NCBI GenBank assembly: GCA_963762565.1 | Contig: CAVXLD010000014.1 | Coordinates: forward strand, 1 to 64,000 | DNA: 64,000 nucleotides | Source: an uncultured Verrucomicrobiae bacterium | GTDB taxonomy: Bacteria; Verrucomicrobiota; Verrucomicrobiia; Chthoniobacterales; JAFAMB01 | Reading direction: 5' to 3' | Shown here: piece by piece, positions 28,308 to 38,426 of the stretch | Numbering within the stretch: the first letter of the stretch is position 1 | Layout: each line of letters opens with the position of its first letter | The notes under the pieces: model-generated | The model's input: only the letters and a program-made list of their open reading frames with translations | Told to the model about the DNA's origin: nothing | Databases searched by the model: none | Position numbers and translations under genes: made by a program

Positions 28308-29755
28308 AAGCCCTCACCGTTCTGGGTACATCATCTAATAGCGGTAAGAGTTGGTTGGCCACCGCTTTCTGCGCCTGGCTACGGCGTCGAGGAATACGCG
28401 TGGCGCCGTTCAAAGCGCAAAACATGTCTAACAATTCATTCGCCACGTCGGATGGTGGCGAGATTGGGCGAGCTCAGGCCGTGCAGGCCGGGGCCTGTGG
28501 CTTAACGCCTACGGTCGAGATGAATCCCATTCTCCTTAAGCCGTCTGGTAGTCAAGGATCACAACTGGTGTTACTCGGGAAGCCGCAACGGCATCTGCTC
28601 GCCAGCGAGTACTACCGTCTGGTCGATGAGCTTTGGTTAGTCGTGCGTGATACTTTGGATTATTGGCGAGACCGATGTGACGTCCTGGTCTTGGAAGGTG
28701 CAGGCAGTCCAGTGGAGCTCAATCTGATGGGACGTGACATTGTGAATTTACGCCCCGTTCACTATTTGAATGGCCGGTCAGTTCTGGTTGCCGATATCGA
28801 GCGCGGCGGCGTTTTTGCGCAGATTGTGGGGACCTGGGCGCTGCTCAATCCGGCAGATCGAGATCGCCTTTTAGGCGTGATCGTTAATAAATTCAGAGGC
28901 GATCTCTCTCTCTTTGCCGGCGCGCCAAAATTTTTAACCGAGCGCGTTCCGGTTAATTATTTAGGTGTACTCCCTTTTTTAGCTGACCTTCGGCCGGAGA
29001 GTGAAGACAGCCTTTGCCGGGACGCCGAGGAAAGCGCTCAAGGCGAAAAGATAGCCTGGATACGGTTGCCACATCTAGCCAACTCTCAAGACTGTCAGCC
29101 CTGGCTATTGGATCAAGGGGTTCGGGTGCAATGGGTAAATCATTCGAATCAGTTAGCCGACGCCAGAGCTATTATCTTACCGGGCAGCAAGAACACCATC
29201 GCTGACCTGGAGTGGCTTAGAAGTACGAACATCGATGCCGCCATTCTGCAGGCTGCAGAACGAGGGATTCCTGTGGTGGGTATTTGCGGCGGTTATCAGA
29301 TGTTAGGGCAATGGCTTCTTGATCCTGAAGGTGTCGCCGGTGATCGCGGGCTTTTACCTGGACTCAACTTACTTCCGATTGAAACTACGTTCTCTCAAAC
29401 TAAATCTGTTTCTCAAGTTGTGGTGCGTTGGGGAACCGATCGCTGGAGTGCCTACGAAATTCATATGGGTGTTACTGTTCCAACGCAGAAGTGTAGCGCG
29501 TTGACGTCGGTGGAAAATGGTCAGGGTACGAAACCCGAGGGTTGTCGTCGCAATCACGTCTGGGGTACTTACCTTCATGGCGTATTCGAGTCGCCGGTGG
29601 TGAGATCGGAGTTGGCTGCCTTGGCTGGTTTAAGAAGCTACGCGGCCGCCCAGGTCTCCTGGCGGGCGCACCAAGAGCAGATGTACAACCGTATGGCCGA
29701 CGCTTTGGAAGAGCACATAAAGACTCAGGAAATCTGGAACTATGTGGCTGGTTAG
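28304..29755 (+). CDS. cobQ: Cobyric acid synthase
   Basis: GTSSNSGKS, PFKAQNMSNN, EGAGSP.E.NL, NKFRGD, GICGGYQMLG, GTYLHG. Confidence 0.96.
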   Translation: MKALTVLGTSSNSGKSWLATAFCAWLRRRGIRVAPFKAQNMSNNSFATSDGGEIGRAQAVQAGACGLTPTVEMNPILLKPSGSQGSQLVLLGKPQRHLLASEYYRLVDELWLVVRDTLDYWRDRCDVLVLEGAGSPVELNLMGRDIVNLRPVHYLNGRSVLVADIERGGVFAQIVGTWALLNPADRDRLLGVIVNKFRGDLSLFAGAPKFLTERVPVNYLGVLPFLADLRPESEDSLCRDAEESAQGEKIAWIRLPHLANSQDCQPWLLDQGVRVQWVNHSNQLADARAIILPGSKNTIADLEWLRSTNIDAAILQAAERGIPVVGICGGYQMLGQWLLDPEGVAGDRGLLPGLNLLPIETTFSQTKSVSQVVVRWGTDRWSAYEIHMGVTVPTQKCSALTSVENGQGTKPEGCRRNHVWGTYLHGVFESPVVRSELAALAGLRSYAAAQVSWRAHQEQMYNRMADALEEHIKTQEIWNYVAG

Positions 29756-30725
29756 TCCCTCCCAAATCGTGGCTGCGATTGTCGTCGACTTGGCGATCGG
29801 TGATCCGCATGGATGGCCACATATCGCCCGATGCACCGGTGTGCTCGCGACCGTTTATGAAGGATGGCTCACCCAGCATTTTTCCCGGAGCATCCTGGTA
29901 GGCCTATTGTTCTGGTTCATGGTGGTGGGAACGATGCTAACCGTATATATCGGTATTCGCTTCATTTGCTCCTTGATTAACCCAGTCGCGAGCTACGTTT
30001 TCGATGTTTTTGTCATTTACCAGGCGATCGCAGCCAGAGACCTGTACAAGCATGCCAAAACGATTCTGCATTCACTCGTTTGCAGCGATCTCGACGCGGC
30101 TCGCAGACGGCTTTCTTATATCGTTGGCCGGGATACACAGACCCTCGATGAGTCAGAGATCAGCCGGGCCACAATTGAGACCGTGGCTGAAAGTCTAGTC
30201 GACGGAATTGTCGCCCCTCTATTTTGGGCTGTTATTGGCGGTGCACCCGGAGCGTTACTCTACCGTACGGCAAACACGCTGGATTCGATGGTTGGCCATC
30301 GGACACCGGCTTATGAGAAATTTGGCAAACTATCCGCTCGTATCGACGATCTGTTGAACTGGGCGCCCGCCCGCTTGTGCGCGCTAATGATTTGCCTGTC
30401 CCGCATCCCGGGTAGTTGGAGGAAGGTTGGGCGAGAAGCAGCGGCGCATGCGAGCCCGAATGCCGGATGGCCGGAAGCCGCCATGGCGTATGCCTTAGGA
30501 GTACGGTTAGGAGGCACGAATTACTATGATGATGAGCCGGTTCAGGGACCGATCTTTAATGGGTCAGGTCGAGCCGCGGGTATAGACGATATCAGGACGA
30601 GTTTAACCCGGATCTGGTGGGTGGTGTTAGTTGTAGGTGGAGCGTGTTTATTGATGGCTTCCGTCTCGTCTCTACTTCCGGTGAGAGCTACGGCAGAGGG
30701 CATAGTGGCGGAACGAATAAAATGA
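29742..30725 (+). CDS. cbiB: Adenosylcobinamide-phosphate synthase
   Basis: GDP..WPH, IVGRDT, NTLDSMVG, SPNAGWPEAAMA. Confidence 0.95.
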   Translation: MWLVSPSQIVAAIVVDLAIGDPHGWPHIARCTGVLATVYEGWLTQHFSRSILVGLLFWFMVVGTMLTVYIGIRFICSLINPVASYVFDVFVIYQAIAARDLYKHAKTILHSLVCSDLDAARRRLSYIVGRDTQTLDESEISRATIETVAESLVDGIVAPLFWAVIGGAPGALLYRTANTLDSMVGHRTPAYEKFGKLSARIDDLLNWAPARLCALMICLSRIPGSWRKVGREAAAHASPNAGWPEAAMAYALGVRLGGTNYYDDEPVQGPIFNGSGRAAGIDDIRTSLTRIWWVVLVVGGACLLMASVSSLLPVRATAEGIVAERIK

Positions 30726-30807
30726 CGGAGCCGGACTAACTATGAAATGGTTTAACAGAGACCCTGATTTGGCTGCCATAGTGCGGCGCTACGCGAGCCC
30801 ATCGCCC

Positions 30808-30989
30808 GGGAGGGATCGCGTCCTCGCGATCAGTCGTTATCGAAGTCGAGCACGTTTCCTAATCGGGGGCGGAAGTACATCGTTGGGTCAAGGCATGTCC
30901 TCGCGGCGCGCGAGGATCCGACTTCGCCGAGCGAGGCACCAAACAACCACAAGACCACAGGCTACGTCGGACAGGCTGCGCGCCCTCCC
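30808..30989. repeat. Family B REP pair with nested insert in the right arm
   Basis: Left arm 30808-30831; right arm 30904-30989 with insert 30917-30977, highly similar to 28134-28217. Confidence 0.85.
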
Positions 30990-31067
30990 AAATCTGCGCG
31001 CGGCAACCATCCTGGGCTGTTCTATGTCCAACCTTCGGGCGACAGGAGCGTGCAAACAGATTTACCC

Positions 31068-31625
31068 ATGAACGACGACCGTCCACGGCTTAAACAAGGC
31101 GCTTTTCAGATCTATACCGGAGAGGGCAAAGGTAAGAGCACTGCGTCGATGGGGCTTATGCTGAGGGCGCTTGGCTGCGGATTCAAAGTGTACTATTTGC
31201 GGTTGGTAAAACCACGATGGAAGACGGGAGAACTGGCTATCTGTTCAGGACTACACCCGAATCTCACTTTTAGGAATGTTGAGCAAGACTGGATCCTATC
31301 CAAGAGCCGGCACATTCCTGAGCATGTTACTGCCATGCGAACCGCGCTGGCGGCGGAAATGGATAGCCTGGAAACGATCATGGTCAGCGAAGAATATGAC
31401 CTGATCATTGTTGATGAAATTAACTACTGCATCCATCGCGAACTGATACCGCTTGACCGGGCGATTCGACTGGTGGAGAAGCGTCCCGAGAACGTTGAAC
31501 TGGTTTTCACCGGCCGATATGCACCCGAGCCCTTGATTGAAAGAGCCGGGGTGGTCACGGAAATGCGGAAGATCAAACATCATTTTGATCAAGGCGTCAC
31601 GGCGCGGAGAGGAATCGAGTTTTGA
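31068..31625 (+). CDS. cobO: Cob(I)alamin adenosyltransferase (CobO/BtuR)
   Basis: YTGEGKGKSTA, DEIN, TGR, VTEMRKIKH.F..G..ARRGIEF. Confidence 0.95.
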   Translation: MNDDRPRLKQGAFQIYTGEGKGKSTASMGLMLRALGCGFKVYYLRLVKPRWKTGELAICSGLHPNLTFRNVEQDWILSKSRHIPEHVTAMRTALAAEMDSLETIMVSEEYDLIIVDEINYCIHRELIPLDRAIRLVEKRPENVELVFTGRYAPEPLIERAGVVTEMRKIKHHFDQGVTARRGIEF

Positions 31626-33022
31626 GCCCAGATTGTTATCCTGGATTAATCGTAGCCGGCATGCAGAGCAGTGACGGAAAGACTGCCATTACCTGTATGC
31701 TGTTAGCGGCTCTTCGTGCTCGCGGTCTACCGGTTCAGCCTTTCAAGGTAGGGCCCGATTTTATCGATCCGGGTTATCATACCCGAATCGCCGGTGTTAC
31801 TTCTCGAAATCTGGATGCCTGGCTGATGGGAGACGATGGAATCATTGACGAGTTCTTGGCAGCCGGTCGAGACCGGGTCTCGATCGTGGAAGGCGTGATG
31901 GGATTGTTCGATGGGAGCGATGCTAAATCGGATGAAGGCAGTACGATGGCATTAGCACGATCGTTAGACCGCCCCGTTGTATTGGTGGTTAGGGCAGCGA
32001 AGTCTGGACGCTCACTGGCCTTTGCTTTGCGCGGGTTCCTCCAAGAAGCGGGGCCTGACCGGATTGCGGGTGTGATCCTCAACGGCGTCAGTGGAAGCAG
32101 CCACACTGATTATTTGCGAGAGGCAATCGCACCACTTGCGGTGCCGGTGCTCGGCTCATTGCCTTTCTGTCCCGAACTGGCATGGCCGGAGCGCCATCTC
32201 GGGTTACAAGCTAGCCAGGAGCGTCAACTGCCTTCATGGCAAACATTAGCTTCGCTAGGGGAACAACATTTCGATATTCGCGCCATTCTAGAACTTGCTC
32301 ACAGAACCGAGACCGCGCCGCTACCGTGGAGCGGGCCTCGCTTGCGAGGCCGACCCGGTCGGGACCCGGGAGAAAGCGAGGCGCGCTCCACAGGAGTGAA
32401 ACAGCGAATCGGCGTCGCTATGGATGAGGCTTTCCATTTCTATTACCAGGCGAACCTCGATTACCTGGCTAATACTGGCGCGGAGGTGGTTAAATTCTCG
32501 CCCCTGCACGATTCTGCGTTACCGGCCGATCTAGACGCAATTTTCATCGGCGGCGGCTTCCCGGAGATCTTCGCGCCTCAGCTGGCTGAAAACAGTTCGA
32601 TGCGTACCGAGCTGCGGTCGGCGATTCAGCAGGGCCTCAACTGTTACGCGGAGTGCGGAGGCCTAATGCTGTTAGCGGAAGAACTGATGACGCTCGATCA
32701 GAAAGTGTATCCGATGGCCGGCGTCATTCCCGGGGCGATCCAGATGACAAAATCGTTGAAGCATTTTGGCTATTGTATTTGCTCGGAATCGAAAGCGGGT
32801 TCCGATCATCTCTTTCGTGGGCATGAGTTCCACCACTCGCTTTGGCTAGGCGAACTGGAGCACGCGAACCTGTGGAATGTCCGGCGCAAACGGACTGGTG
32901 CTTTTAGGAGGGAAGGATTCTTGATCCCGAACCTTCATGCTTCTTACGTGCACCTGCACTTTCGAAGCAGCAGCGCCGTTCTCGCGCCATTCCTGAAACA
33001 GGAAAGGAGTGAGGTTCTATGA
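31622..33022 (+). CDS. cobB: Cobyrinate a,c-diamide synthase with in-frame REP insert
   Basis: [59 protein letters not shown]. Confidence 0.95.
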   Translation: MSPDCYPGLIVAGMQSSDGKTAITCMLLAALRARGLPVQPFKVGPDFIDPGYHTRIAGVTSRNLDAWLMGDDGIIDEFLAAGRDRVSIVEGVMGLFDGSDAKSDEGSTMALARSLDRPVVLVVRAAKSGRSLAFALRGFLQEAGPDRIAGVILNGVSGSSHTDYLREAIAPLAVPVLGSLPFCPELAWPERHLGLQASQERQLPSWQTLASLGEQHFDIRAILELAHRTETAPLPWSGPRLRGRPGRDPGESEARSTGVKQRIGVAMDEAFHFYYQANLDYLANTGAEVVKFSPLHDSALPADLDAIFIGGGFPEIFAPQLAENSSMRTELRSAIQQGLNCYAECGGLMLLAEELMTLDQKVYPMAGVIPGAIQMTKSLKHFGYCICSESKAGSDHLFRGHEFHHSLWLGELEHANLWNVRRKRTGAFRREGFLIPNLHASYVHLHFRSSSAVLAPFLKQERSEVL

Positions 33023-33741
33023 TCTTCTGTGTTGGAGTGGGTCCAGGTGACCTCGGTTTCCTGACCCGACGAGGTCAAGAGTTAATCGAAGAGGCTCAGG
33101 TGATAGCAGGATTCACTGCGGTTGTAGATCTGGTTCGGTCTTTGGTCAAACCGGACGCCCGAATCATCACGATGGGTTACAAAGACCAGGTGGAACGTCT
33201 AAAGGAAGTTGCCGGCCTGCACCGTGCTGGATCGAAGTGTGTGGTTGTTTTCATGGGTGATCCGCATTTCTCCGGGTTCCAATTTCTCGAACGCGTAGAA
33301 AAGGCTTGTGAGCATCAAGTTGAGACGATCCCTGGGATCAGTTCGGCGCAGATTCTAGCATCTCGCTGCCGGGTCTGTTTTGATGAAACCACCTTTATCA
33401 CGTTTCACCGGCGCGGGGATATCGTTTCATTTCAAAAGCATTTGGTCCATGTCCTAGAAGACAATCGGAACGCCATTGTGATTCCGCGTCCGTGGGATTT
33501 CATGCCGGCGGCGGTGGCTGCCTACCTAACGGAGCATGGCATTGCTCCAGATCATCCAACGGAAGTGTGGGAGCATCTCACCCAATCGGAAGCGGCCTGG
33601 AAAGGCCGCCTGGGTGAATGCAGGTCTGAATTTAGCGACATGAGCATCATGCTTATTCGCGCGTTGAATGGCGATGCGGCGATTGGGCGAGGGAGTGAAA
33701 CGGCGAAAGGTCAATCCTCTAATCCCGGAGGGATGAAATGA
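33019..33741 (+). CDS. cbiE: Cobalt-precorrin-7 C5-methyltransferase (stand-alone CbiE)
   Basis: [21 protein letters not shown] tetrapyrrole methylase fold with no CbiT domain; assigned by similarity and by elimination. Confidence 0.8.
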   Translation: MIFCVGVGPGDLGFLTRRGQELIEEAQVIAGFTAVVDLVRSLVKPDARIITMGYKDQVERLKEVAGLHRAGSKCVVVFMGDPHFSGFQFLERVEKACEHQVETIPGISSAQILASRCRVCFDETTFITFHRRGDIVSFQKHLVHVLEDNRNAIVIPRPWDFMPAAVAAYLTEHGIAPDHPTEVWEHLTQSEAAWKGRLGECRSEFSDMSIMLIRALNGDAAIGRGSETAKGQSSNPGGMK

Positions 33742-33769
33742 TGGTAGCGACTATGAGTCCGTGGACGAG

Positions 33770-33849
33770 CATCACTCCAACACTCCGACACTCCATCACT
33801 GCGCTCGACCGGATTCGAGGACGACGACGAGGACGAGGACGAGAACGAA
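33770..33849. repeat. Composite CACTCC 8-mer plus GACGAG array (copy 2)
   Basis: catcactccaacactccgacactccatcact ... gattcgaggacgacgacgaggacgaggacgagaacgaa. Confidence 0.8.
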
Positions 33850-33865
33850 GGAATCCCCCCACCCC

Positions 33866-35476
33866 ATGACGACCGACTACGCGATTGTTATCGCCGGGCA
33901 CGGCAGCAGAGATCCCGAAGCGGTTTCGGAGTTTGAACAGCTTGTCGAGCTGGCCCGGCAACGGGCAGGTGGACGTCATGTTCAACATGGGTTCTTAGAG
34001 TTCGCTCGCCCGACCATTGATGAGGCAGCGCGGGCGCTGATAACAGCCGGCGACCAACGTATTGCTATCGTTCCCCTCATCTTGTTAGCCGCTACTCACG
34101 CAAAGAACGATCTGCCTAGTGAAGTGCTTGCTCTGCAACAAGAGTTTCCGGCAACTCAACTTCACTATGGATCCGCGCTGCATCTCCATCCTGGCATCCT
34201 ACGCCTGTTCCGTCAGAGAATTGTCGAAGCGGAGGCGCGAAGTCCGCAGAAAATTAGGCGATCTGAGAGTTGCCTGGTAGTGGCTGGTCGCGGAACTAGT
34301 GATCCGGACGCTAACTCCGACGTTTCCAAATTAGCCAGAATGCTACAGGAAGGGATGGGGTTCGGTGGTTCTTATGTCTGTTATTCAGGCATGGCGAAAC
34401 CTCTGGTGGCTGACGGTCTTCAACAAGCGGTGCGCCTGGGATTCGGAAGAATCGTAGTTGCTCCATTCTTTCTTTTCACCGGCGTTCTAGTGAAACGGAT
34501 TTATGACGTCACCGACGCCGTGGCTGTCGATCATCCAAAAACTGAATTTCTGAAAGCTGACTACCTGGGCATACATCCGTTATTAGCGGACGCTTTCCTG
34601 GAGCGCGCTGAGGAAGCCATCGTTGGGAGAGCAGCCATGAATTGCAGCTTGTGCAAGTATCGGGTGCAGATCATCGGCTACGAAAAAGAGTTAGGCGCAC
34701 CTCAAAAACCGCATCATCTGCATTCCAGAGGCGGGACCAGTAGAATCAACGGCTTGGCCGATACGATAGTGGATCAAACACTTCCGCTTTCCATTCCTCT
34801 CAAGCCGGACGGGTTAAACGAAGGGTACCTTCAACACCCGATCGAGGAAGAAAGCTTCCGCATTATCGAGGAATTACGCGACTGGAAGTCAGTACCGGAA
34901 TCTGAAAAGTCGGTACTCCAGCGCCTGATTCATACTAGTGGTGACCCGGATATCGTTGACGACATCTTCATTTCACCAGGCGCGATAGAAGCAGGTATTA
35001 CAGCGTTAGCCCGGCGAGTGCCGATCGTTACCGACGTGACCATGGTGCAGAGCGGGTTGCGACGCCTGCTCTTACAGCAGCTTGGGCTAACAACCTTGTG
35101 CACCGTTCATGACGAAGAGACCAGGCTAATCGCGGAATCGGAGAACATCACCCGTTCGGCCGCTGGTATCAGACGGGCATGGAATCGGTTTGGCAACAAT
35201 CTTTTGGTCGCCATTGGGGACGCCCCGACTGCCGTCGAAGAAACGCTTAGGCTTGTGGTCGAACAGAACTGGCGTCCGCATCTGGTGATTGGGGTACCCG
35301 TTGGGTTCGTTGGAACCCGGGAGTGTAAAGAGAGGCTTCGCACCTGCTTGCGAGTGCCGCGAATTACGAATCGAGGCACACGGGGTGGCTCACCCTGGGC
35401 AGCGGCAATCGTCAACGCGATGCTGATACAAGTCGCCAGGGTAAAGAGCGGAAACGCCCGCAACACTGAGGAATGA
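33866..35476 (+). CDS. cbiX-cbiC: CbiX (long-form sirohydrochlorin cobaltochelatase) fused to CbiC/CobH methylmutase
   Basis: GHGSRD, FLEFARP, HAKND, GRGTSDPDAN, MNCSLCKYR; then IEEESFRII, RLIHTSGD, IGDAPTA, PVGFVG, RGGSPWAAA. Confidence 0.92.
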   Translation: MTTDYAIVIAGHGSRDPEAVSEFEQLVELARQRAGGRHVQHGFLEFARPTIDEAARALITAGDQRIAIVPLILLAATHAKNDLPSEVLALQQEFPATQLHYGSALHLHPGILRLFRQRIVEAEARSPQKIRRSESCLVVAGRGTSDPDANSDVSKLARMLQEGMGFGGSYVCYSGMAKPLVADGLQQAVRLGFGRIVVAPFFLFTGVLVKRIYDVTDAVAVDHPKTEFLKADYLGIHPLLADAFLERAEEAIVGRAAMNCSLCKYRVQIIGYEKELGAPQKPHHLHSRGGTSRINGLADTIVDQTLPLSIPLKPDGLNEGYLQHPIEEESFRIIEELRDWKSVPESEKSVLQRLIHTSGDPDIVDDIFISPGAIEAGITALARRVPIVTDVTMVQSGLRRLLLQQLGLTTLCTVHDEETRLIAESENITRSAAGIRRAWNRFGNNLLVAIGDAPTAVEETLRLVVEQNWRPHLVIGVPVGFVGTRECKERLRTCLRVPRITNRGTRGGSPWAAAIVNAMLIQVARVKSGNARNTEE

Positions 35477-36618
35477 ACCGGCCGCTAGAGCGATTTGACC
35501 TAGGTGTACTAACAGAGGCTGGACTGCGGCGCGGCTATACTACAGGTTCTTGCGCTACGGCAGCAGTCAAGGCGGCTCTGCTGGCACTGCTTTGTAACGA
35601 GTGTCCGGAGGAAGTGAATGTCAGTCTACCGGATGGTTTGCGCTTCCTCACGCTACCAATCAATCAGGTTAGGCGTGAACCCGACTCGGCTTATGCGGAA
35701 GTGATCAAAGATGCCGGCGACGATCCGGATCAGACCCATCGAGCCCGGATCTTTGCCCGTGTCCGGCGAAACAACCGGGGTAGCATCGTCTTTCAGGGGG
35801 GTGAGGGTGTCGGACTCGTTACTCAACCCGGACTGCAAGTGGCAATTGGTGAGCCCGCGATTAACCCGGTTCCTCGGCGAATGATGATCAATGCGGTTCA
35901 GGAAGTACTGAGTGAAAGCGATCGGGTAGCCGTTGCCGGGTTTAATCTGGAGATTGGCTGTCATAACGGCGAACAGATTGCCAAACGCACATTTAACCCA
36001 CGTCTCGGGATCATCGGCGGGATATCGATTCTGGGAACGACTGGCATCGTTGAACCAAAATCGATGGCGGCTTTTCAGGCATCTATTCAAGTCTATATCC
36101 GCGTTGCGGTGGGAGACTCGCCCGATGCGATCGTCTTAGCGCCTGGCAATCTTGGCCAGCGTTTCGCCCGAAGCTCGCTTGGAATCCCGACCAAACGCGT
36201 CGTTCAGATGTCGAACTTCATCGGACTTGCGCTCGAATATCTGCAGCAAACGCTGGAGGAAAACCGGCAAAAGCTCCCTTTGTTGTGGCTGGTTGGTCAC
36301 CCCGGAAAACTCGCTAAAATTCTGGCTGGCGATTGGGACACTCATTCGGGCCGGAGCCTTAGCGCGGTGCACTCGGTCACAGGGTTAGCCCACGAATTCG
36401 GAGTAGCGCCGCCGGCGTTGCAGGTGCTTAGCCAGTGCCGAAGCATCGAGGAAGCAATTGAAATGCTGCCAGCTAGTACGCTTCCTCCCGCCTTCTGGAA
36501 CTTAGTCGAACATCGAGTTGCGGGAGTAGTGGCCGAGCGGGTACCGAGCGTCGAGCGCGTTGAGGTCAGGTTGTTTCGCATGGATGGGGGAGCGCTGGGA
36601 GTAGCGAATAGCAAATAG
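35473..36618 (+). CDS. cbiD: Cobalt-precorrin-5B C1-methyltransferase
   Basis: LRRGYTTGSCATAA, KDAGDDPD.TH, AINPVPR, NPRLGIIGGISILGTTG, GHPGKLAK. Confidence 0.96.
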   Translation: MNRPLERFDLGVLTEAGLRRGYTTGSCATAAVKAALLALLCNECPEEVNVSLPDGLRFLTLPINQVRREPDSAYAEVIKDAGDDPDQTHRARIFARVRRNNRGSIVFQGGEGVGLVTQPGLQVAIGEPAINPVPRRMMINAVQEVLSESDRVAVAGFNLEIGCHNGEQIAKRTFNPRLGIIGGISILGTTGIVEPKSMAAFQASIQVYIRVAVGDSPDAIVLAPGNLGQRFARSSLGIPTKRVVQMSNFIGLALEYLQQTLEENRQKLPLLWLVGHPGKLAKILAGDWDTHSGRSLSAVHSVTGLAHEFGVAPPALQVLSQCRSIEEAIEMLPASTLPPAFWNLVEHRVAGVVAERVPSVERVEVRLFRMDGGALGVANSK

Positions 36619-36747
36619 CAGATAGCAGATAGCAAATACCCCGATGGCGAGCGGCAGAAAACTAACCATGAAATGGTTTAAGAGAATAGCCCAGGGCTTT
36701 AGCCCTGGGGAGGCGGCATCAATTGATCGCCCTGCAAGGGCGGCCGA
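36603..36747. repeat. AGCARAT heptamer array followed by a REP-like half element (CCCAGGGCTTTAGCCCTGGG)
   Basis: agcgaat agcaaat agcagat agcagat agcaaat supplies the cbiD stop; then aaccatgaaatggtt, cccagggctttagccctggg and cgccctgcaagggcg hairpins. Confidence 0.75.
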
Positions 36748-36825
36748 AATGGGTGCGGTTATTCTCGAGGCCGGCCGATTACGGTTTAGGTCGACTGGGT
36801 GCGATTGGTCGACAACTAGAAATTT

Positions 36826-37656
36826 ATGAGTCAAGAATTCATTACTAACCTAACCGCTTCGGTGTCTGGCTGCTTCTGCGGAATTGGTGTCGGACCTGGA
36901 ATGCCGGGCCTGATACCGGTAGTAGCCTGGCAGTGTGTTCAAGAAGCTGATATTATATTTTTGCCCCGAGCTAAATCGGCCGAACGATCAGCTGCACGCA
37001 GCTGTCTGCCACCAAATCAAATTCCGGAAGATCGGTTCCGAGAGATCGAATTTGCCATGGAATCTGATCGCACTTCTTTAGGGGCCAACTATTCGCGACT
37101 GGCGGACGAGATTGCCCAGGAAGTGCGTGCTGGCAAGCAGATTGCCTATCTTACAATTGGCGATCCGTTGACCTATTCGACTTACATTTACGTTCTTCGG
37201 GCTCTCCAAGAACGTTTCCCGGGAATTCGCTGCCGGACCTATCCCGGCGTAACCAGTTATTCCGCGTTAGCCGCCGCCGCCGGCTTTCCCGTGGGAGAAG
37301 GTAAAGAGCGAATACTGATCTCACCGTGTCCGGACGCCAGGCAGGAGTTACGTCGCCTCATCGAGGCGCACGATATCGTAGTCTTAATTAAGATCGGCGA
37401 ACGCTTGCCAATGGTGCTGCGGCTTATAACCGAGATGGAAATCGGTGATCACTGTGTTTTCGGGGCACACGTTGGTATGGAGAATCAGACTCTCAGCGTC
37501 GGCCTCTCGGACATGAATGGAACTGACGCTAGCGGCTATTTATCCACCATGTTGATTCGAAGAAAACCGGTCGAGTCTCGTCAACCCAATGCCGTTAGTG
37601 CGGAAAAGCGGGATCCTGTGGCCAATCGGGGATTACTTAGAAAAGCGTCGGCATGA
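36826..37656 (+). CDS. cbiL: Precorrin-2/cobalt-factor II C20-methyltransferase
   Basis: GIGVGPG, LTIGDPLTYSTY, PGVTS, YLST. Confidence 0.9.
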   Translation: MSQEFITNLTASVSGCFCGIGVGPGMPGLIPVVAWQCVQEADIIFLPRAKSAERSAARSCLPPNQIPEDRFREIEFAMESDRTSLGANYSRLADEIAQEVRAGKQIAYLTIGDPLTYSTYIYVLRALQERFPGIRCRTYPGVTSYSALAAAAGFPVGEGKERILISPCPDARQELRRLIEAHDIVVLIKIGERLPMVLRLITEMEIGDHCVFGAHVGMENQTLSVGLSDMNGTDASGYLSTMLIRRKPVESRQPNAVSAEKRDPVANRGLLRKASA

Positions 37657-38426
37657 AAGTCTATTTCATTGGAGCAGGCCCAGGAGCAGCCGACCTCATT
37701 ACCATGCGAGGAGCAGACATTCTCTCTCGCGCCCAGTTAGTGATGTATGCGGGTTCTTTGGTCAGCGACGCGATCTTAAGCCATTGCCGGGCAAATCCGC
37801 TGATTGTGAACACCGCCAAACTCAACCTGGACGAACAAGTAGGATACTACCTTCAGGCGAAAGACAAAGATTGGGATGTCGCCCGGCTACACTCAGGGGA
37901 TCCGTCGATCTATGGGGCAACGGCAGAACAAATGCGGCGCTTGCGTGAACTTCAGATAGCGTATGAAATTGTTCCCGGTGTTCCGTCCTTCGTCTCCGCG
38001 GCTGCGGTGCTCGATGCCGAGTTAACCAGACCCAACGTTTCCCAGACTATTATCCTGACACGCACCTCCGGGCGTGCGTCTCCGGTTCCGGCAAAAGAAA
38101 ACCTTCAATCCCTGGCTGCGCACCAGGCGACCCTCTGTATTTTCCTTTCCGGTGCTAACCTGACCGAGGTCGTCGAAGAGCTGTTACTCCATTATCCTCG
38201 CCCGACACCAGTCGCGCTTGTCCAGCGGGCGAGTTGGCCTGAGCAACGAGTCTATCGGGGACAGTTAGGCGGATTGCTAGACGAGATCGAACCAAGTTCA
38301 TGGGTGCTAACCACGATGTTGTTAGTGGGTCAAGCGCTGGATGAAAACATCGTATCGGAATCCCGGTTGTACGCGGCCGATTACTCGCATCGATTCCGGC
38401 GAGCCATGCAGAAAGATCCGGAATGA
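37653..38426 (+). CDS. cbiF: Precorrin-4 C11-methyltransferase
   Basis: GAGPGA.DLIT, YAGSLV, RLHSGDPSIYGA..EQ, SQTIILTR, SRLYA..YSH.FR. Confidence 0.95.
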   Translation: MKVYFIGAGPGAADLITMRGADILSRAQLVMYAGSLVSDAILSHCRANPLIVNTAKLNLDEQVGYYLQAKDKDWDVARLHSGDPSIYGATAEQMRRLRELQIAYEIVPGVPSFVSAAAVLDAELTRPNVSQTIILTRTSGRASPVPAKENLQSLAAHQATLCIFLSGANLTEVVEELLLHYPRPTPVALVQRASWPEQRVYRGQLGGLLDEIEPSSWVLTTMLLVGQALDENIVSESRLYAADYSHRFRRAMQKDPE

